From an uncultured delta proteobacterium (GTDB lineage Bacteria; Desulfobacterota; BSN033; UBA1163), in NCBI GenBank assembly GCA_963731045.1, contig CAVSVC010000022.1, positions 2,113-66,112 of the forward strand: DNA of 64,000 bases, given 5' to 3'. The translations under genes and the position numbers were made by a program. The notes under the pieces are model-generated. The model was not told the origin of the DNA. It searched no databases and worked only from the letters and a program-made list of their open reading frames with translations. Position 1 is the first letter of the stretch. Each line of letters starts with the position of its first letter. Below, piece by piece: positions 58,597-64,000 of the stretch.

Positions 58597-59784
58597 TCAG
58601 GGCGTTGGATAGATATGCTTATGGGTCGCAAATTTCTTAGGCGAAATGATATACAGTTTCCCATTGACGTATTGAACTGCACTCTGCTGATAGAAGGAGT
58701 TCCCCTTCGTCTGGTCATATGAAATCGGCCCCAGGATGGAATCGAACTTGCTCGCCCAGAGCGATTTCATGAGGTCATCCGGTTTGAGAGATTCCGCCCT
58801 CTCGATTCCAACCTCTCCCGCTTCGAGCGCAGCATAGTGAAGTCCCAGGTCATTGTACTCCTCAGGGTCGATCTTGGCCTCCTTGACGATGTCCAGAAAC
58901 TTCTTGATATTCCCAAAGGGCATCCCCGGAAGCCAGTTGTATTCACCCGTGGCACCATCCGTGTCTTTTCCCAGAGCATCATAAAAGGCCTTGGCGATAT
59001 GGATGAAGTGCCACTCTCTCGGCTTCAGTCCGAACTCCTTGGCCTGCTTCCGAAAGCTCACCCCCATGGGGACGAACGTGGACAGATAGAGAATATCGGG
59101 GTTGAGCGCCTTCAACTTTAAAAGGATGGGCGTAAAATCCGTTGCGCCCGCCGGGGCAACCTCCTGAAAAGCGGTTTTCAAGCCCCGCTTCTCTGCGCCT
59201 GGAATGGCACCTTCAAAAACCTCCCGGGTATGAGGCGTATCTTCCGCCACAAAGCCGATGGTTTTCGCTTTCTTCCCATCCTCAAGGATATCGAAGTAAT
59301 GGTCCGACCAGCCCGGGGAAAGACCATTCACACAGACAAACCATTTGAAACCCCGGTTGAAGATCGCTGGGGTGTTGGCCGTTGTCAGCACCATGGGCAC
59401 ATGATACTTCTCCGCGACGGACGTGACGGGAAACGTAATCGGGCTGGACTTGGGGCCCATCAGAATATCACACTTGTCGAGTGTCACCAGGCGTTCGTAG
59501 AATTTGACCGCCGTTGCTTGATCGCTCTTGTCGTCGTAGAGGATCGTCCTTACGGGAAGCTTCTTGTCGTAAGCCTTAACGTAAAGCCCTCCCTGCTTGG
59601 TGTTCACATAGTTTTCCCAGGCCTTGATCATGCGGTCGAAGACACCGACTTCGACGGCGAATCTCCCGGTCAGACAAAGCGTCATCCCTACCACAATCTC
59701 CTTCTTCTCCTGGGCGATGGAATCGCTCATGCCCCCGAGAAGGATGGCCAGAACTAGTACGAATACTCCCCCTGACTTCCTCAT
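58597..59784 (-). CDS. Liv-type ABC substrate-binding protein, paralog of 25183..26376
   Basis: AAGGAGG precedes ATG 59784. The signal is MRKSGGVFVLVLAILLGG. The mature part reads EKKEIVVGMTLCLTGRFA.. and is collinear with the other SBP over its full length. Confidence 0.9.
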   Translation of the reverse strand: MRKSGGVFVLVLAILLGGMSDSIAQEKKEIVVGMTLCLTGRFAVEVGVFDRMIKAWENYVNTKQGGLYVKAYDKKLPVRTILYDDKSDQATAVKFYERLVTLDKCDILMGPKSSPITFPVTSVAEKYHVPMVLTTANTPAIFNRGFKWFVCVNGLSPGWSDHYFDILEDGKKAKTIGFVAEDTPHTREVFEGAIPGAEKRGLKTAFQEVAPAGATDFTPILLKLKALNPDILYLSTFVPMGVSFRKQAKEFGLKPREWHFIHIAKAFYDALGKDTDGATGEYNWLPGMPFGNIKKFLDIVKEAKIDPEEYNDLGLHYAALEAGEVGIERAESLKPDDLMKSLWASKFDSILGPISYDQTKGNSFYQQSAVQYVNGKLYIISPKKFATHKHIYPTP

Positions 59785-59813
59785 GGCTTCCTCCTTAGAT
59801 CGTATTTGGATCT

Positions 59814-61499
59814 TCATGCCGGAATAACCGGCAGGACCAAATGAGACGGATGATCCTTATCGTGATAAATCGTGTCCTTCCCCACTTTGATTCCGTAGTG
59901 ATGGCCTCCGAAATCGAATGCGGGAGAATCCCCGTTTGATAGATCAAGACGGATGCGATGTCCCTTTTTAAAAAGATTGGCGGTAGGCCAAACCTCAATC
60001 TCATAGGGATAAACCTTCCCGGGTTCAATTGGCGTTGGATGCTTGTGAGTATAATACGGCTGACCGGGTTTTGACCGCGCAGGGTCCTTCTCTCGATGGG
60101 AGGCCTTCAACCAGCCCCGGGTCAGGATTTTGGCCTTCGCCGGGACACCGCTGGCCTGCCGCGCATCGGCCTCCTGGTCGACGAGCCTCACATAAATATC
60201 GGCATCCTTTTCCGTCGATGATGCGTAGACGACAAGACTGATCGGACCGGTCACCTCCAGATCCTCCTGCAGCGGTTCCGAACAGAATGTGAGAATCCTG
60301 ACAGCCGGATCGGGAAGGCCGTTCACAAATTTGGCCGTTCCGATCCCTGACCAGCCGCTCCATTCCGGATCGGGATACCCGAACTCAAACGAACTGGCCT
60401 CGGCCAGGGGAGCGGTCTCCGAAAGCCCCCCATCGTTGAGAGACTTGATGGCTCCGGCTGGACCGGGCTGCAGGTAAAACCGTGTATAACGGGTTCTTTT
60501 GAGAGGCCATTCCTTCTCGCGACGGTACCCGAAATCGCTTCCCCTGACGAAAAGCTTGACCGGCTCTTCCTTCATGATCCCGGTATCGTTATCTTTCAGC
60601 CAGTGATCATACCACCGAAGCAGTTCCAGCCTCATTTCGAGAGAGTTGAAGATGGCCATCTCATCGCCGACATATTCGCCGTAGCACACCAGGAGTTTCT
60701 TCGGTACCTTCAACTCTTCAAAGCCTCTGAGATTTCCACGGAGGTGCAAACCGATTTTATGCCACATCCCGATGCTGTAAACGGGGACCTTGATTCTACC
60801 AAAATCCGCCGAACGTTCTTCCCAGAACCGGTCATAGGTCGGATGCTGGAGCGACTCCTTCACCATGTCCCACTCCATGAGATCCGGCGCATGAGGGCCC
60901 GGAAGGTCCAGGATATGATTGGCCCTCAGATTAAAATGCCACCACGTTAAGAACCCCATGCCCACGAGACCGCCATGGTACACAACGTCCCGGTACATAT
61001 CTGCACCGGCATCAAAGGGAACGATCGTTGCAAGATGGGGAGGTTGCTTTGCCGCGGCGAACCACTGGGTCCATCCAAAATAGGACTCACCGATCATGCC
61101 TACCCGGCCCGAACACCAGGGTTGTTCAGCCATCCACTCCACCAGGTCATAATGGTCATTCTGTTCCGCATCACTGTGGAATTTCCAGATCCCCTCCGAT
61201 TTTCCCGTTCCTCGGACATCGGCGTTGACGTAAACATAGCCCCGCTGGACAAACCAATCGATATCATTGGTCTCACGACAGTGATAGGTGGTCACCGCAG
61301 GAAGGTAGACGAGGTCCTTCTGATAGCATGATGAGGCATAGAGAACCGGAAACTTCCCCGGAGCGTTCGGACGGTAGATATCGATGGCCACGCGAACGCC
61401 GTCACGCATCCTTACATAAACATCTTTCTCCAACTTCATGTCATACTTCGGTTGACTCAGCTGATCTTTTGGGAAATCCTCCGACAACATCGACACCAT
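59814..61499 (-). CDS. CocE/NonD family alpha/beta hydrolase (S15, X-Pro dipeptidyl-peptidase-like)
   Basis: Intact 561-aa ORF with VRMRDGVRVAIDIYRP, VNADVRGTGKSEG and the nucleophile elbow GESYFG. A C-terminal beta-sandwich domain is present. Confidence 0.88.
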   Translation of the reverse strand: MVSMLSEDFPKDQLSQPKYDMKLEKDVYVRMRDGVRVAIDIYRPNAPGKFPVLYASSCYQKDLVYLPAVTTYHCRETNDIDWFVQRGYVYVNADVRGTGKSEGIWKFHSDAEQNDHYDLVEWMAEQPWCSGRVGMIGESYFGWTQWFAAAKQPPHLATIVPFDAGADMYRDVVYHGGLVGMGFLTWWHFNLRANHILDLPGPHAPDLMEWDMVKESLQHPTYDRFWEERSADFGRIKVPVYSIGMWHKIGLHLRGNLRGFEELKVPKKLLVCYGEYVGDEMAIFNSLEMRLELLRWYDHWLKDNDTGIMKEEPVKLFVRGSDFGYRREKEWPLKRTRYTRFYLQPGPAGAIKSLNDGGLSETAPLAEASSFEFGYPDPEWSGWSGIGTAKFVNGLPDPAVRILTFCSEPLQEDLEVTGPISLVVYASSTEKDADIYVRLVDQEADARQASGVPAKAKILTRGWLKASHREKDPARSKPGQPYYTHKHPTPIEPGKVYPYEIEVWPTANLFKKGHRIRLDLSNGDSPAFDFGGHHYGIKVGKDTIYHDKDHPSHLVLPVIPA

Positions 61500-61572
61500 G
61501 GCACCCCCCTCTTGATTGTTCCGGTTCGAATCGTTTCATGACAGGCTGTCGCAATACCCATCGAACGCGCCC

Positions 61573-61600
61573 ATTCTAACAGTTCCGAGAATCCTGTCAA
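61573..61600 (-). promoter_or_regulatory. Candidate promoter of the CocE/SBP operon
   Basis: The minus strand reads TTGACA (61600-61595), a 16-nt spacer, then TAGAAT (61578-61573). Confidence 0.35.
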
Positions 61601-61648
61601 GAAAAAAGAATCCCCCTGTAGTGATTTTTGCCTGTCACCCTGAGAATA

Positions 61649-61677
61649 TTGACAATGTCAGTCCATAGGATTATTAT
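61649..61677 (+). promoter_or_regulatory. Candidate promoter of the isochorismatase-family gene
   Basis: TTGACA (61649-61654), a 17-nt spacer, then TATTAT (61672-61677), about 55 nt upstream of ATG 61731. Confidence 0.45.
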
Positions 61678-61730
61678 GCGTATCGCGGCTTTGAGACAAG
61701 ACAGAACCCATTTTCTGAAAGGACAATCCC

Positions 61731-62390
61731 ATGGCACAATTGATCGCAGAACCGGAACCCATAGAAGTGGAATTGGCAAGATCCGCCGTCATCGTCGTCG
61801 ACATGCAGAATGCTTTCGTCAACAAGGGAGGCATGTTTGAGTCACGCGGATTCGATGTCGTTTCACTCCGGAAGATCGTTGACCCGATCAAAACGATCTG
61901 CGGAAGAGCGCGGCAGAGGAATATTAGGGTACTCTACATTGCCCACGTGCTTTCGCCTGACCTGCGCGAAGTGGGGCCGGAGGCCTCCTTCTGGTATAAG
62001 AGCGTGAAGCTTTACCGTGAGAATCCGTCCTGGAAGGAAAAATTCATCATTCGCGGTACCTGGGGGGCTGAGATCATCGATGCTCTAAAACCCGAACCGG
62101 CAGATTTCCTGGTGGAAAAGCCCCGGTTCAGTGCATTCTTTGGAACCAATCTTGATACGGTCCTGAGAAACTATAATCTGAAATACCTCTTCTTCACAGG
62201 GTGTGCTACGAACATCTGCGTCGAGGCCTCCATACGGGATGCAGCAAACCTGAACTACTTCCCCGTCTTGATTTCGGACGCCACCGCCAACAACGGTCCG
62301 AGCTTCATGCAGGACGCGACCATTCACAATGTCAAGTTGGCCATGGGTTGGGTGAGCACGACCAAAGACCTTCTGAACCTGTTGAGGTAG
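61731..62390 (+). CDS. Isochorismatase-family cysteine hydrolase (amidase type, e.g. N-carbamoylsarcosine amidase / RutB / nicotinamidase-like)
   Basis: Intact 219-aa ORF with SAVIVVDMQNAFV, KPRFSAFFGTNL and LFFTGCATNICVEASIRDA (catalytic Cys context). Confidence 0.88.
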   Translation: MAQLIAEPEPIEVELARSAVIVVDMQNAFVNKGGMFESRGFDVVSLRKIVDPIKTICGRARQRNIRVLYIAHVLSPDLREVGPEASFWYKSVKLYRENPSWKEKFIIRGTWGAEIIDALKPEPADFLVEKPRFSAFFGTNLDTVLRNYNLKYLFFTGCATNICVEASIRDAANLNYFPVLISDATANNGPSFMQDATIHNVKLAMGWVSTTKDLLNLLR

Positions 62391-62481
62391 TCGCACCTCC
62401 TCGTGTTCGTTATTGACACAAAGAAGAGTGTATGTTATTCAACGAATATAGGTCATTCCCTTTAAAAAGGTGTTCCGGGAC

Positions 62482-62508
62482 AGGGGGAAAAAGAAATCCC
62501 CCTTTTTT
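62482..62508 (+). terminator. Rho-independent terminator downstream of the isochorismatase-family gene
   Basis: A-GGGGG-A aaaagaaa T-CCCCC-T followed by a T6 run (62503-62508). Confidence 0.55.
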
Positions 62509-62681
62509 GTCCACGAACCATGAGTTAGTTTCTTCCGCATTACCAAGCAAATAAAAAAAACGAGATTCACAGGGTACGGAACTGCTTAAGCGGACAGGTT
62601 TACCCTTATCTGCCCAGAGGGCAAATTTGCGATGAGGACGCCTCTACTCAAACCGAATCATTACCGAAAGGAGAAAAGGAG

Positions 62682-63674
62682 ATGAAAGGAAAGAGAAAGC
62701 GATTTTTGCTGTCGGCGCTTCTGTTGAGCCTCTCATTGATGGTTGTCACGCTGGGATTAGGAGCCGGAAAGCCTATGTTCCTCGGGTTTGCAGGGGGACC
62801 TTCTACAGGTGTTTACGGCAAGGCTGCCGCGGCCATTTCGATTATCCTCAAGGAGAAGTCCGGCGGGAATATCTCTCCTACGTCCCAGGCCACTTCGGGA
62901 GGGGGAGAGAATGTAACGCTAGTCAGTACTGCCAAAGCGGACATGGGAATTGCCGCGGCTGCAGACCTGCATGAAGCCTTTTACGGAGAGGGTTTGTGGA
63001 AGGGAAAGCAGACGGCCAACTTCCGCATTGTCGGAAACGCTCTGGACGCCGTCGTCAACTTTGTCGTCCTGGAGAAATCCGGAATCAGGACGCTGAAGGA
63101 TCTCAATGGCAAGAAAGTGTCTCTGGGAAGTCCCGGTTCCGCCTCCGCCGGTTTTGCGGAACGATTTCTAACAGAGCTCGGTCTCAAGGTCCAGAAACAG
63201 TTTCTGGCGGGCGGAGAGGCCGCGACAGCCCTGAAAGACGGGCAGCTCGACGCCTATTGCTGGGCCCCCAGTATGCCGGCTCCGGACGTGGTCGATTTGA
63301 CCTCCACGACAAACATTCGCCTGCTCGATGTCGGTCCTCTCGCGAAAGAAATCGGTTTTTTCAACAAATACAAATTCTACGGACCCTTTACAATTCCCAA
63401 GGGGACCTACAAAGGGGTGGACTCCGATGTCCCCAGTGTCGTCACCGGCACTTTCTGGATCGTCAACAAAGACCTACCCGAGGACCTCGTCTATCAGATG
63501 ACCAAGCTCGCCTATACCAATACCGAGGCACTGCGAAAATCCTTTGGACCGCTCAAGGGCATGCAGGTCAATGAGGCCGCAATCAGCGGCATCGATGTTC
63601 CGCTCCATTCCGGGGCTGAAAAATTCTGGAAAGAGGCCGGCGTGAAGGTCCCCGAAGCGCTTCGGGCGAAATAG
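62682..63674 (+). CDS. TAXI-family TRAP transporter solute receptor
   Basis: AAGGAG precedes ATG 62682. The signal is MKGKRKRFLLSALLLSLSLMVV. Motifs seen: GGPSTGVYGKAAAAIS, SQATSGGGENV and LDAYCWAPSMPAP. Confidence 0.88.
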   Translation: MKGKRKRFLLSALLLSLSLMVVTLGLGAGKPMFLGFAGGPSTGVYGKAAAAISIILKEKSGGNISPTSQATSGGGENVTLVSTAKADMGIAAAADLHEAFYGEGLWKGKQTANFRIVGNALDAVVNFVVLEKSGIRTLKDLNGKKVSLGSPGSASAGFAERFLTELGLKVQKQFLAGGEAATALKDGQLDAYCWAPSMPAPDVVDLTSTTNIRLLDVGPLAKEIGFFNKYKFYGPFTIPKGTYKGVDSDVPSVVTGTFWIVNKDLPEDLVYQMTKLAYTNTEALRKSFGPLKGMQVNEAAISGIDVPLHSGAEKFWKEAGVKVPEALRAK

Positions 63675-63685
63675 GCCGAGGGAAA

Positions 63686-63725
63686 GAAAACTCCCTGTTT
63701 TCCTCAGCCGAAACAGGGAGTTTTC
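63686..63725 (+). terminator. Rho-independent-type terminator or attenuator hairpin after the TAXI receptor gene
   Basis: GAAAACTCCCTGTTT-tcctcagccg-AAACAGGGAGTTTTC, a perfect 15-bp stem. The 3' arm ends in TTTTCTT. Confidence 0.6.
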
Positions 63726-63802
63726 TTAAAACAAGAGGCCCTCCTCACGGGGGAAGATTTTAAACAAACGAACCGAATCAAGCGAGGGGATCGGCAAGGC
63801 CT

Positions 63803-64000
63803 ATGAAATTCCTGAGAAGTCTCGGCCAATGGGTACTGGCAAACTTGATTCTGACCCAGAGAAGACAGCTCAAAGGATGGCAACGGAACACGGCCCAAAT
63901 CCTCGGCGGGATGATGGCCCTATTCTATTTCTACACCATCTCCTTCGGCGTATTCAGCACGGAAAGTCACCGCGGGGTCTTCCTGGGTGTCACCCTGATG
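63803..64000 (+). CDS. TRAP transporter fused 4TM/12TM permease (TAXI-associated), N-terminal fragment running off the window
   Basis: ATG 63803 opens a frame that stays open to nt 64000: MKFLRSLGQWVLANLILTQRRQLKGWQRNTAQILGGMMALFYFYTISFGVFSTESHRGVFLGVTLM. This is a typical N-terminus for these permeases, and its position after a TAXI receptor fits. Confidence 0.6.
   Translation, partial: MKFLRSLGQWVLANLILTQRRQLKGWQRNTAQILGGMMALFYFYTISFGVFSTESHRGVFLGVTLM

Noticed and set aside
1-64000. Mobile-element hallmarks (transposase, integrase, tRNA-adjacent att sites, IS inverted repeats), CRISPR arrays, and rRNA or tRNA genes.
   Set aside because: None was found on either strand. The only repeats are the 148-bp palindromic element and the heptamer arrays. 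The term 'island' is used in a functional sense only.

Overview
The window contains no rRNA, tRNA, CRISPR array, transposase or integrase that I could find. It is a densely packed catabolic and transport island. All family calls below come from reading motifs in the supplied translations; no database search was run.

Gene content includes two UGA-selenoproteins of the glycine/sarcosine/betaine-reductase (Grd) type, a tungsten-type aldehyde:ferredoxin oxidoreductase, and a pyrogallol-phloroglucinol-transhydroxylase-like molybdoenzyme. There are also four ACMSD-type amidohydrolases and an ATP-dependent hydantoinase/oxoprolinase pair. This points to a strict anaerobe, possibly Desulfobacterota/Syntrophobacterales-like (inference only).

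Layout:
- 1-19.4 kb, plus strand: 3-hydroxyacyl-CoA dehydrogenase, BKACE, Zn-ADH, a GntR regulator, a TRAP DctP/DctQM system, two LeuC/LeuD-like dehydratase pairs, two M24 creatinase/prolidase-like genes, and an FAD flavoprotein with a 2Fe-2S subunit.
- 19.5-42.5 kb: about 23 kb that is uninterruptedly minus-strand. It carries hyuA-hyuB, a solute-binding protein, grdE-like, a grdB-like Sec gene, grdC, trx, a grdA Sec gene, two Liv-type ABC systems, and the molybdoenzyme alpha/beta pair.
- 42.8-53.5 kb: an XRE-cupin regulator, a minus-strand tctCBA / DHOD-B-like / DapA-like operon, and a divergent operon of cyclic amidohydrolase, ASL-family lyase and an unknown protein.
- 53.7-64 kb: two amidohydrolases, AOR plus a MoaD-like protein, a solute-binding protein plus CocE/NonD hydrolase, an isochorismatase-family hydrolase, and a TAXI-TRAP system.

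Main second-look items:
- The Grd-type selenoenzyme cluster. Both Sec genes are missed or truncated by the ORF track. Each UGA is followed by a SECIS-like hairpin, and the composition is non-canonical.
- The transhydroxylase-like Mo enzyme.
- A roughly 148-bp nested-palindromic intergenic repeat in three copies.
- Heptamer-periodic tandem repeats filling many intergenic spacers.
- Very patchy frameshift disruption. About 25 genes are broken by indels in two blocks, while two other blocks are completely intact. This looks more like uneven assembly or polishing quality than biology, so the 'pseudogene' labels below mean 'frame interrupted as assembled'.
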